Shown here one piece after another: positions 1-6,966 of a stretch of DNA of 16,643 nucleotides (position 1 is its first letter; every line of letters begins with the position of its first letter). Made by a program: the position numbers and the translations under genes. Under the pieces are notes generated by a model. That model was not told the DNA's origin and did not search any database. It was given only the letters and a program-made list of their open reading frames with translations. This stretch comes from Erysipelotrichaceae bacterium (GTDB lineage: Bacteria; Bacillota_I; Bacilli_A; Erysipelotrichales; Coprobacillaceae), in NCBI GenBank assembly GCA_028698185.1, contig JAQVDW010000035.1:1-16643 (forward strand), in the 5' to 3' direction.

Positions 1-696
1 GATGAACATTCCTGGAACTGAAGTCAAGGCGTTCAAAGGCGTACCTAATACATACATGAATCCTGAAGGCACGTTGAATGCTCCAGCTGTCCCGACGCTG
101 ATTGCAGTCGCGATCACTTGCAACAGGACGACACTGAAGAATAAAGGCAGGATTGAAGAGAACCCGTCTTGAAGGAATGGTGGAACCACATCCGGCATCT
201 TGATGCGGATATTGCGGTCGGCACAGAATTTTTCAATTTGAACAGATATGAATACAACGATGAATCCGACGAACATCCCTTGGGCTCCAAGGTAAGTCAT
301 GTCGATGGTAGTCAGGCCAGCTTCAGTTGTCACGATAGTTCCCGCAACAAGCAAGAAACAGATAAGCGCATCGATGGCGTTCATCACTGGTGATTTCATT
401 TTAAGGTTTTTCGAATAGTTGTAAGCGAACAATGCCACAACCCATAAAGACAATGAGTTCATGGTGAATTGGTAAGGCATGTAAATGATTTCGTAAATTT
501 TGCTATCAGCTGTGAACAGTCCCAGCATCGTTTCGCCACCGACAGCAGTGATGATTTGGGAAATGGCACCAACCATGATGACCCCCATCAGCCCCATCAT
601 TGAAGCCTGCAAGGCGCTCAGGAACTTGTTGCTGCCTAATTTTTGACCAAAATCCTGAAGCTTGATCATGGCCGAGCTTTGAAATAATTTTTCCAT
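1..696 (-). CDS. PTS lactose/cellobiose-family EIIC permease, first 232 codons; the 3' end lies beyond the left edge of the window
   Basis: Absent from the ORF track because there is no stop in the window. My minus-strand translation from ATG 696..694 reads MEKLFQSSAMIKLQDFGQKLGSNKFLSALQASMMGLMGVIMVGAI...QIEKFCADRNIRIKMPDVVPPFLQDGFSSILPLFF...GMFI and stays open to base 1. It is hydrophobic with an EIIC(Cel)-type IKMPDxVPP block. SD AAGGAGGAGA (701-710) lies 18 nt after the EIIB stop. Confidence 0.85.
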   Translation of the reverse strand, partial: MEKLFQSSAMIKLQDFGQKLGSNKFLSALQASMMGLMGVIMVGAISQIITAVGGETMLGLFTADSKIYEIIYMPYQFTMNSLSLWVVALFAYNYSKNLKMKSPVMNAIDALICFLLVAGTIVTTEAGLTTIDMTYLGAQGMFVGFIVVFISVQIEKFCADRNIRIKMPDVVPPFLQDGFSSILPLFFSVVLLQVIATAISVGTAGAFNVPSGFMYVLGTPLNALTSVPGMFI

Positions 697-714
697 TTTT
701 TCTCCTCCTTTTAA

Positions 715-1014
715 TTAAATCTCAGCATATAATTTTTTAGCAAGTTTCATAATGTTCGGACAGTTGGCGATCGCATAATCGAATGATTCGATTGCCGCAG
801 TTGGCAGTCCTGTATTTTCCTTCACTTCTTTCAAGCGGTAAGAAACCTGAGGCCCCATCATCACGATATCGAAATTTTGGTAAACATCCTGATATTCAGA
901 CAAACCTACTGCCTTGATATCCAAATTCTCACCATTTTCTTTCCAATATTTTTCCATCTTTTTCATTAAGATACTTGTTGACATTCCACCGGCACATACT
1001 AATAAGATTTTCAT
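715..1014 (-). CDS. PTS lactose/cellobiose-family EIIB component
   Basis: 99 aa. The N-terminal MKILLVCAGGMSTS carries the phospho-Cys (C7) typical of EIIB(Cel/Lac). GGAGGA SD upstream. Sits between EIIA and EIIC. Confidence 0.9.
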   Translation of the reverse strand: MKILLVCAGGMSTSILMKKMEKYWKENGENLDIKAVGLSEYQDVYQNFDIVMMGPQVSYRLKEVKENTGLPTAAIESFDYAIANCPNIMKLAKKLYAEI

Positions 1015-1028
1015 TTTCTAATTCCTCC

Positions 1029-1343
1029 CTATTTTGATTTGTAAAGCAAGATGATTTCTTTGATCAGCTCCGATGCCAGCATCGAAGTCATCAGATGGTC
1101 TTGTGAATGGACAAGCAAGACATTGACGTCCTGTCTGTTTCCATTGGCTTCCTTGACAAGCAGGTCCGTTTGCGCCCTGTGCGCCAAAGTCGCCGCCTCT
1201 TCCGATCTTGCCAGAAGCGCCTCGGCCTCGTCGAAGTTTCCTGATTTGGCTTGCTCCAAAGCTTGAAAAGCAAATGAACGCGCATCACCCGCATTAGCTA
1301 TAATTGACATTGAAACTAAATCGTTTTCGCTATCGAATTCCAT
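1029..1343 (-). CDS. PTS lactose/cellobiose-family EIIA component
   Basis: 104 aa. Contains AGDARS and the H-x-Q-D-H-L-M motif (VHSQDHLMT) characteristic of EIIA(Lac/Cel). SD GAAGGAGGG upstream. First gene of the operon. Confidence 0.9.
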   Translation of the reverse strand: MEFDSENDLVSMSIIANAGDARSFAFQALEQAKSGNFDEAEALLARSEEAATLAHRAQTDLLVKEANGNRQDVNVLLVHSQDHLMTSMLASELIKEIILLYKSK

Positions 1344-1385
1344 TTTGTTTCCCTCCTTCTGTATTACGTTTGTTAAGCTGTCTTA

Positions 1386-1414
1386 ATATTAATATACAAG
1401 AGTAAATCTGTCAA
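1386..1414 (-). promoter_or_regulatory. Sigma-A promoter of the PTS operon, TTGACA-N17-TAATAT
   Basis: On the minus strand, -35 TTGACA is at 1414..1409, a 17-nt spacer follows, and -10 TAATAT is at 1391..1386, about 43 nt upstream of the EIIA ATG. Confidence 0.65.
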
Positions 1415-1424
1415 AGCGCTTTCA
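1411..1424 (-). promoter_or_regulatory. cre (CcpA catabolite-responsive element) overlapping the -35 of the PTS promoter
   Basis: The minus strand reads TGAAAGCGCTTTGA, a 13/14 match to TGWAANCGNTNWCA (position 13 is G instead of C). It overlaps the TTGACA -35. Confidence 0.6.
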
Positions 1425-1776
1425 GACCGTGTTCATTTGTGTCTATACAGTAAACGCCTCTGATTATTTTACATTCTGAACTATAAGTGTAATATTTTAG
1501 AGCGTTTTTGCGGATATTGACCCTTGTGTATATTGTTATTGCCAAAACGCCAATTAGTGTTTAAACAAACAGGCCAAAAGTATCGAATGTACCACGCAAT
1601 ATTTTTTTATCTGATGTTACTTTTTGGGTAATATATGGTTATAAAATACCATTACTCCCCTCACCCATCTCTACATCTTATAAATGTAACCGCTTGGTTA
1701 TATACACAAGGAGATAACTTCTCTATACACTCGGTCGTTATTTTTATACTTTTATCTTTTGTTTTGAGATTCGTCA

Positions 1777-1785
1777 TGCTATAAT
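1777..1785 (+). promoter_or_regulatory. Extended -10 promoter TGcTATAAT placed 6 nt before the ATG at 1792, implying a leaderless transcript
   Basis: TG at 1777-1778 and TATAAT at 1780-1785. The predicted transcription start coincides with A of ATG 1792. There is no SD between them. Confidence 0.45.
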
Positions 1786-1791
1786 GGTCAC

Positions 1792-2283
1792 ATGAAACTA
1801 ATTAGAACCTTCGCCTTCACCAGTGATGAATTCTATGATTTTCTTGAGAGCGACCTTTTGGCGAACGCCGCAAAATGCACGAGTAGGCCTTTATGCGTTA
1901 ACGATATTAAGAAAGGATTCAAATATTCAAAGCACGACAGTAACGCACACACTCGCATCGATGTGACAATTCTTGATTACCAGCGCCATCTCCACTACAA
2001 AAGCAAAATCAAATCCATCGGCGATACCATCACAATCGAATATGAAACCCGAAACTGTGAGCAGGGTCTTGAGATAACCTTCAACCAACACTTCGAAAGT
2101 TTCGAAAGCACCAGCCACAACAAGTTCATGGAACTCTTTTCCCAAGCCGTCTATCTCGGGCGGATGACTGACACCCTTTACGACATCGAACGCAAGATTG
2201 TCAAAAGACGTGAGGGGATCTTTGATATCCCGGAGGTCAGTCCCGTCGAACACAAATGGCTGCGCAAACTGGTTTCAAAATAA
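1792..2283 (+). CDS. DUF3284-like small protein of the kind often found next to cellobiose PTS operons
   Basis: 163 aa. The N-terminus MKLIRTFAFTSDEFYDFLESDLL... and the overall length and pattern resemble DUF3284 proteins as I recall them. The context (PTS plus PRD regulator) fits. An in-frame TGA at 1765-1767 precludes any upstream start. Confidence 0.5.
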   Translation: MKLIRTFAFTSDEFYDFLESDLLANAAKCTSRPLCVNDIKKGFKYSKHDSNAHTRIDVTILDYQRHLHYKSKIKSIGDTITIEYETRNCEQGLEITFNQHFESFESTSHNKFMELFSQAVYLGRMTDTLYDIERKIVKRREGIFDIPEVSPVEHKWLRKLVSK

Positions 2284-2305
2284 AAAAAGCCCGCGGGCTT
2301 TTTTA
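2282..2305. terminator. Bidirectional rho-independent terminator shared by convergent genes
   Basis: AAAAAAAGCCCGCGGGCTTTTTT is a GC palindrome flanked by an A-run and a T-run. It overlaps both stop codons (2281-2283 and 2303-2305). Confidence 0.8.
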
Positions 2306-4921
2306 TATTTTCTTTATTATCATGATGATCGTGGCGATTTCGTCATCGTCGATGATCACCTTGAATATCTTTTCCAATGGTTTGATTATTCTGCAAACCA
2401 TCTGATAGTCCTCTTCGAAAACGGAGAGGATTTTGTTTTTGTCGCGGTTTTTGGCGGAACTTTTTCCGTCAAGCAGCCGCTCCACCAGGCAGGCTAGGTG
2501 CATGAACAACCCGCCACGCTGGTCTTCGTTCAGGTTGTAGATCACACTGAATTCGTCGATGATGTCGGGCAGGATAGACTTCAGCTTAGGAATCGAGACG
2601 TAATGGAACTGTTCCTCCAAGAAGGCATAGACCTGGCGGTAGTCGAAAGTGTGGGAATTGATCGGCTCGAACATGATAATCCGGTCAAGGTCGCTCTTGG
2701 AGTTTTCAAATATCTTGGCTATAGGGATGAACGGGATGCCGAACATCTTGGGATCGTAGGTTCCCACAAAACAATGGATCCGGTATGTCTTCTGCAGGGC
2801 CATGACTTCTTTTAGAAGCTCGTCCCGGGAAGATATCGCCAACGGAATGGTCCTGATTTTGAGTTTGGAATACTGGTCAATGTATCGCTTGAGCTGGATG
2901 GCTCCCCCTTCCCCGGTGTGGCAAAGGGTGATGATCGCTTCATTGTGCTTCTCCTCATTCGTGTACATATTGTTTAGCTCGAGGTTGGCCATATGGTAGA
3001 CGTAGTCGATATCGCTTTCCATGGCGCACTTGCGGGCGATGTCGATCCCGACTAGAGTGACGGGGATGTTTATATGGCGTATCTTGACGTCGATTTCCTC
3101 GGAGATGGTGTCAAGCATCGTCTTGATCGATCCCATGTCATATATCACAATCACACCTTGGCCCTGGTCAATTGTCTGGATCAGCTCCTTGATTTGGGCC
3201 ATGGCTTGAGTCGTGTCCATTCCTAGAGAAAGGTCGTAACTATAGGTGTTGTTGCAATGGGTCAGGCTGTTGGTCACATTCATCAACGAATGGGCCGTCA
3301 TGTCCCCGTGCATGATGTAAAGCAGGACCGGATGGCCTTGTTCGCTTGTCTCATCCGATTCGATCAGAAACATCGCGATCAGGACAACCTCCTGGATTGG
3401 CAGCTCCAAATCGAGCTCGTTTTTGACCACCTGAGAAAACTGCATACTGGAAGTATATTCCTGAGGATAGTCCTGGATGATCTTGACAATCTGGTCGTTG
3501 TCAACCCGCTGGTTTTCAAGATTCAATGTCAGCAGCGAATTGAGATGGAGGCAAAGTCCGTAAAAGACGTTGGGCTTGAAAGACCGGTTGAGATCCTTTT
3601 GGGTCACATCGAGAAATTTCCGGACAAGATCAATGACTCTCTGGTCGACAATCTTGGAAAGCTGCTCAAGGTTGTTGAGCGAGTCCATCCCCTTGTAGTA
3701 GCGGTATTTCTTGAAAAGGTTGTTGACGTGGGTGTTCATGACCTTTTCAATTGAAGCGGCATTGATCCCCAGGCTGGCAAGTTCGTTGTACTGGCGCTGG
3801 ATTTCCAGATACATCTCATCATTGAGCGGTTCGTTGATGGTTCCCTGCTTGTCGTAGACGACCGCCTCGCGGTCACCAAGCAGACTGGCTATTTCCAGGC
3901 TGCTGTATTTTAGATTCAACAGCCCTTTTTTTATCGAGCCCTTGAAGTCGTTGACACAGACGCAGATGTCCTGGCCATTCTCGTTGACCACGCGCATATA
4001 GGCATTGGCGCAGGCCGACTTGATTTCCATTGCAAGACCCTTGATATTGTAATCGATGTCCGCAAGCAGCAAGGCCTTGATCGACTCGATGGTGACCTCG
4101 ATATCCCGCTTGGAATTGGTAGCCTCAATCTGGAACAGGTGGTTGATAAGGTCAAGCCGCTCCTTCAACGGACGGGCCTTGAGCTCAGGCAGCTCGATGA
4201 TCACCGGAACAAGCCGGGCCACCGGGCTGTTGCTCGACGCGGTCGAGAGAATCAAGATGACATCCGAACAATCATAGAAGTTTGCCTGTTCGTCCAAGAA
4301 AATCTGGCCCGTTTCCAAGAAACTGTAAAGGCGGCTTAGCTGTTTGGCATCAAGAAGCTCCACATTGTCGATGAAGAGGATCCCCTTTTTCGCCTGGTAG
4401 AAGTAGCTTTTTTGGTAATTCCCATCAACCCCGAAAAGCAGCTCATCAAGAAGGGCGATATTCTTATGATAATGGCGGCAGTCGACATAGACAAAAGGAG
4501 CCTTTTGCCCGAGCACCTTTTTCTCGATCGCGAACTTATGCATCAATGATGCGAAATAGGTTGTCCCGCAACCGACCTTGGCGCTAAGAAGCACATTCAG
4601 GCTGGAATTGGGATACAGGATGGCGGCTTTGGCCAACTGGATCGCATTTTTCAAGCTGCCATTCGAGCCGATCATCTCATTGAAGCACGATTCCTCGCTG
4701 TTCTGGTATTGACTTGAAGCCAGTCGATAATATACGGGCCGGGTGTTAGTCTTGGTCAGCTTGCCTTCCTTGACTAGTTCATTCAATGTCGCACTTACAT
4801 TGGGACGGTGAAGGTTCAAAGCCTCGGCGATATCCTTGGTCTGCAGCCCTTCCTGGTTCTGGCTGTCACTGTAGATCTCTTTTTGAATGTATTCAAATAT
4901 GGTCGTTTTTACTGTTTTCAC
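2303..4921 (-). CDS. LevR-family PRD-containing transcriptional regulator (wHTH, AAA+-like, PRD1, EIIA-Man-like, EIIB-Gat-like, PRD2) with a degenerate sigma-54 activation module
   Basis: 872 aa with a GTG start and AAAGGAG SD 7 nt upstream. The N-terminal wHTH includes DIAEALNLHRPNVSATLNELV. There is LevR-like collinearity: GSNGSLKNAIQLAKAAILYPNSSLNVLL..., PRD1 FYGLCLHLNSLL (H459), EIIA-Man-like LLYIMHGDMTAHS (H538), EIIB-Gat-like ITLCHTGEGGA (C667) and PRD2 GGLFMHLACLVERL (H808). Confidence 0.85.
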   Translation of the reverse strand: MKTVKTTIFEYIQKEIYSDSQNQEGLQTKDIAEALNLHRPNVSATLNELVKEGKLTKTNTRPVYYRLASSQYQNSEESCFNEMIGSNGSLKNAIQLAKAAILYPNSSLNVLLSAKVGCGTTYFASLMHKFAIEKKVLGQKAPFVYVDCRHYHKNIALLDELLFGVDGNYQKSYFYQAKKGILFIDNVELLDAKQLSRLYSFLETGQIFLDEQANFYDCSDVILILSTASSNSPVARLVPVIIELPELKARPLKERLDLINHLFQIEATNSKRDIEVTIESIKALLLADIDYNIKGLAMEIKSACANAYMRVVNENGQDICVCVNDFKGSIKKGLLNLKYSSLEIASLLGDREAVVYDKQGTINEPLNDEMYLEIQRQYNELASLGINAASIEKVMNTHVNNLFKKYRYYKGMDSLNNLEQLSKIVDQRVIDLVRKFLDVTQKDLNRSFKPNVFYGLCLHLNSLLTLNLENQRVDNDQIVKIIQDYPQEYTSSMQFSQVVKNELDLELPIQEVVLIAMFLIESDETSEQGHPVLLYIMHGDMTAHSLMNVTNSLTHCNNTYSYDLSLGMDTTQAMAQIKELIQTIDQGQGVIVIYDMGSIKTMLDTISEEIDVKIRHINIPVTLVGIDIARKCAMESDIDYVYHMANLELNNMYTNEEKHNEAIITLCHTGEGGAIQLKRYIDQYSKLKIRTIPLAISSRDELLKEVMALQKTYRIHCFVGTYDPKMFGIPFIPIAKIFENSKSDLDRIIMFEPINSHTFDYRQVYAFLEEQFHYVSIPKLKSILPDIIDEFSVIYNLNEDQRGGLFMHLACLVERLLDGKSSAKNRDKNKILSVFEEDYQMVCRIIKPLEKIFKVIIDDDEIATIIMIIKKI

Positions 4922-4955
4922 GGACGCGCTCCTTTAATGTATGATAACTGTATTA

Positions 4956-4984
4956 ATTATATTCTATACAAAAAAGCCGTAAAA
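4956..4984 (-). promoter_or_regulatory. Candidate promoter of the regulator gene, TTTTAC-N17-TATAAT
   Basis: Good -10 TATAAT (4961..4956) but a weak -35, about 35 nt upstream of the GTG start. Confidence 0.35.
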
Positions 4985-5017
4985 ATATACAATAAAATGA
5001 AAATATGCTCAAAAGAT

Positions 5018-5938
5018 CTAGAAAAGCGTCTCGACAATATTGCTTTTTTGATCCACCTTCTTTATCTGGCTTTCCGGTTTGACCTGGCCCACAAGCATTG
5101 GAGCAGAGGGGTCATGGCTCCGGTGGTTGATTTTTACCTGATGGTAATCGGAATTGGCATAACAGTAAAGGCAGCCATGCATGCAGGTGTTGTACACGCC
5201 GATGTCGCTCCCAATCAGACAGTCACACCCCGGACGGGCCGGACTCTTCCTGCCAAGGTCAAACCTGACATCAAGCGCCTTTTCCAGGACCGCCTGAGTC
5301 ATGCACCCTGCCACATCAATTCCATATTGCCCTAGGTGGTCGCCTTCATGGCATGTCTGGATCCTGATTTGATATTTGGCAGCTATCGCCACGATGCTTC
5401 TGGCAAGATGGTGCTGGGTCTCAAGGTCGACCTCTTTTATCCCCGGGAAATTCCGCCTGGTCTTCTGGTAAAGGTCGATGAAGCTGATGACGCAGGTCGA
5501 CGTGTAGCCGGAAAGCTGCTTGGCCATCAGTCCGAAAGCCAGCAGGTGTTTTTCCACCGGCCAGCGCCGATTCACGATGATCGGATCGTAGCGCCAGACA
5601 ACCTTTTTTTTGCCGACCTTATTCGAAAGTTCCTGGAAGCTTCTGATAACTTCCTTGACCTTGGGCACATTCGGTTCGATGTCGGTCGAATAAGGCGTGA
5701 TTGTGACAAACCATAACTGATTGAACCGGCCGATTTCATCGAGACGCCCAATCATCGGTTGGGGATTCTTGGTGCAAAAACAGAGGCAGTCAACGACCTG
5801 GGGGTCGAGTTGGTACTCATATATCATCTTTTCATTGTAGGGGCTTTGGACCAGGACATATCCCTCCCTGACCCGGTTGTAGAACCACTCGCTGTAAAAA
5901 GCCGGGATGTCGGTCCGCTGGCCGGTATTGATTATCAT
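5018..5938 (-). CDS. DUF1848 domain protein with a C-terminal Cys cluster; function unknown
   Basis: The N-terminus MIINTGQRTDIPAFYSEWFYNRVREGY matches the DUF1848 signature. The C-terminal cluster is GCDCLIGSDIGVYNTCMHGCLYCYAN. I moved the start from 5953 to ATG 5938 because GGAGGA lies 7 nt upstream of it and actually overlaps the 5953 ATG. Confidence 0.75.
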   Translation of the reverse strand: MIINTGQRTDIPAFYSEWFYNRVREGYVLVQSPYNEKMIYEYQLDPQVVDCLCFCTKNPQPMIGRLDEIGRFNQLWFVTITPYSTDIEPNVPKVKEVIRSFQELSNKVGKKKVVWRYDPIIVNRRWPVEKHLLAFGLMAKQLSGYTSTCVISFIDLYQKTRRNFPGIKEVDLETQHHLARSIVAIAAKYQIRIQTCHEGDHLGQYGIDVAGCMTQAVLEKALDVRFDLGRKSPARPGCDCLIGSDIGVYNTCMHGCLYCYANSDYHQVKINHRSHDPSAPMLVGQVKPESQIKKVDQKSNIVETLF

Positions 5939-5968
5939 GATTTTATCCTCCATTTCAGTGCTTAAGCC

Positions 5969-5977
5969 ATTGTATCA
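5969..5977 (-). promoter_or_regulatory. Extended -10 promoter TGaTACAAT for the DUF1848 gene
   Basis: The minus strand reads ...AAAAGGTGATACAATGGC..., about 30 nt upstream of the start and downstream of the preceding terminator. Confidence 0.4.
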
Positions 5978-5992
5978 CCTTTTGGCTAAAGT

Positions 5993-6019
5993 AAAAAGCC
6001 GGACGTTTTCAAACATCCG
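5993..6019 (-). terminator. Hairpin plus T-run after the GyrI-like gene
   Basis: The minus strand reads CGGATGTTTGAAAACGTCCGGCTTTTT. The stop codon sits in the loop. The stem has one mismatch. Confidence 0.5.
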
Positions 6020-6488
6020 ACTCACTGGCTGCGATGACCATTTCGATTTTCGTCAAAAGAAGCTCTTGGGGAAATTTAGGTGAATTGTAGAAGTATTCGT
6101 AAGCCGGCAAGACGATCTTGTAGCCGTTGTCCGCCACCCACTGTTCTAGTTTGTTGTAAGTTTCGCCCATGCTGTCGTACGGTCCCTGGTGGAAAGCGAA
6201 GACCCGCAATCCCGGCGGTATTTCAAACAATTTGAGCAGACCTTTGCCTTGAATCCTGTTTTTTACCGGATAGCCAACGATCGCTTCGATTGCCTTATCA
6301 TCCCATATGTAGAACCCCACAAAAGAAACTCCCGAAGGCATTTCACCAATCGATTTTAGATATTCGCGGATCTCCTTGCGGCTTTGTTTCAATATTGAGG
6401 AAAATTCCCGGGGTGTGGTCTTCACATTGATGACCAGGGCATACTCGCCGCCATGATCGACCTTCAAGATATCAGTAATTTGGCCCAT
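6009..6488 (-). CDS. GyrI-like small-molecule-binding domain protein (stand-alone effector-binding domain)
   Basis: The start is taken at MGQITDILKV... (ATG 6488) with SD GAGGTGG. The ~160-aa length and the C-terminal PAYEYFYNSPKFPQELLLTKIEMVI are typical of GyrI-like/SOUL-type domains. The track's longer start at 6569 lacks an SD and overlaps the upstream ORF. Confidence 0.6.
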   Translation of the reverse strand: MGQITDILKVDHGGEYALVINVKTTPREFSSILKQSRKEIREYLKSIGEMPSGVSFVGFYIWDDKAIEAIVGYPVKNRIQGKGLLKLFEIPPGLRVFAFHQGPYDSMGETYNKLEQWVADNGYKIVLPAYEYFYNSPKFPQELLLTKIEMVIAASESDV

Positions 6489-6489
6489 T

Positions 6490-6726
6490 TCATCCACCTC
6501 GATTCTCTTTGCCTGTTTCGACCAGGCGGACTTCATCATCGACCGTATTCTTGATCGGCCCGGGATCATGCAGATCGCCGATTACAGGATCGATCCCAGG
6601 ATCCAGTTTCGAAATGGAATTCCGGCGCCAAAGCGCCCGTACTTTCTGGTTGTCTTCAACCCGGATTTTCACAACGTTGCTGCCTGGTTTGCCTGTAGCC
6701 CCCGTAACTAAATATACCACGCCCAT
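6490..6726 (-). pseudogene. Truncated NmrA/atypical-SDR-like gene, N-terminal Rossmann segment only (~78 aa)
   Basis: MGVVYLVTGATGKPGSNVVKIRVEDNQKVRALWRR...VIGDLHDPGPIKNTVDD has the TGATGxxG NAD(P)-binding start of 250-300-aa NmrA-like proteins but stops after ~78 codons. The stop overlaps the next gene's start region (TGAAATG). Confidence 0.5.
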
Positions 6727-6762
6727 TTTCATCACCTTTGCTTTTGTAGGTATAGCGAATCG

Positions 6763-6796
6763 AAAAAAATGTAAAATACGTTGGCAAAACCAACGT
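6763..6796 (-). terminator. Hairpin ACGTTGG-N5-CCAACGT followed by a T-rich tract; either a terminator for the HD operon or a leader attenuator/operator
   Basis: A perfect 7-bp stem (6778-6784 with 6790-6796) is followed on the minus strand by ATTTTACATTTTTTT. It lies between a promoter-like element and the NmrA-like start. Confidence 0.4.
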
Positions 6797-6808
6797 TTTC
6801 CCATTTCC

Positions 6809-6837
6809 ATTCTAGCACATGAAGAACCCAAATTCAA
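6809..6837 (-). promoter_or_regulatory. Sigma-A promoter TTGAAT-N17-TAGAAT with a TGc extension
   Basis: On the minus strand, -35 is at 6837..6832 and -10 at 6814..6809, preceded by TGC. It lies upstream of the NmrA-like/GyrI-like pair. Confidence 0.45.
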
Positions 6838-6966
6838 TCGTTCCTATTATCCAGAAAAGCCTTATCGGGTTGCGTCATGCGCCAAAAAACTAGAACTTCA
6901 AACAACTCCTAGCAGGATTATCAAATCACAACAAGATATAGTCTTCACTGGTTGCCCCCTGGTAAA

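Noticed and set aside
169-393. 74-aa plus-strand ORF
   Set aside because: It is antisense to the uninterrupted EIIC reading frame that fills 1..696.
1538-1553. Possible sigma-54 -24/-12 promoter (minus strand TTGGCGTTTTGGCAAT) upstream of the PTS operon, as would be expected for a LevR-type regulator
   Set aside because: The GG and GC dinucleotides are not separated by the required 10 nt in any register, and no TTGC follows. A consensus sigma-A promoter lies closer to the gene.
2498-4339. Series of plus-strand ORFs (105 to 165 aa) inside the regulator gene
   Set aside because: All are antisense to an 872-aa ORF with clear LevR-family collinearity. None has an SD or a recognisable motif.
4808-5716. 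Plus-strand ORFs of 175 aa and 126 aa
   Set aside because: They are antisense to the regulator 5' end and to the DUF1848 gene. The first also spans the promoter region. No SD is present.
6489-6569. Longer start for the GyrI-like ORF (MIPGRSRIRSMMKS...) and the longer start at 6837 for the NmrA-like ORF
   Set aside because: Neither extension has an SD. They overlap the upstream ORF and the promoter respectively, and the extension sequences are basic and low-complexity. Internal ATGs with SDs fit the family N-termini.
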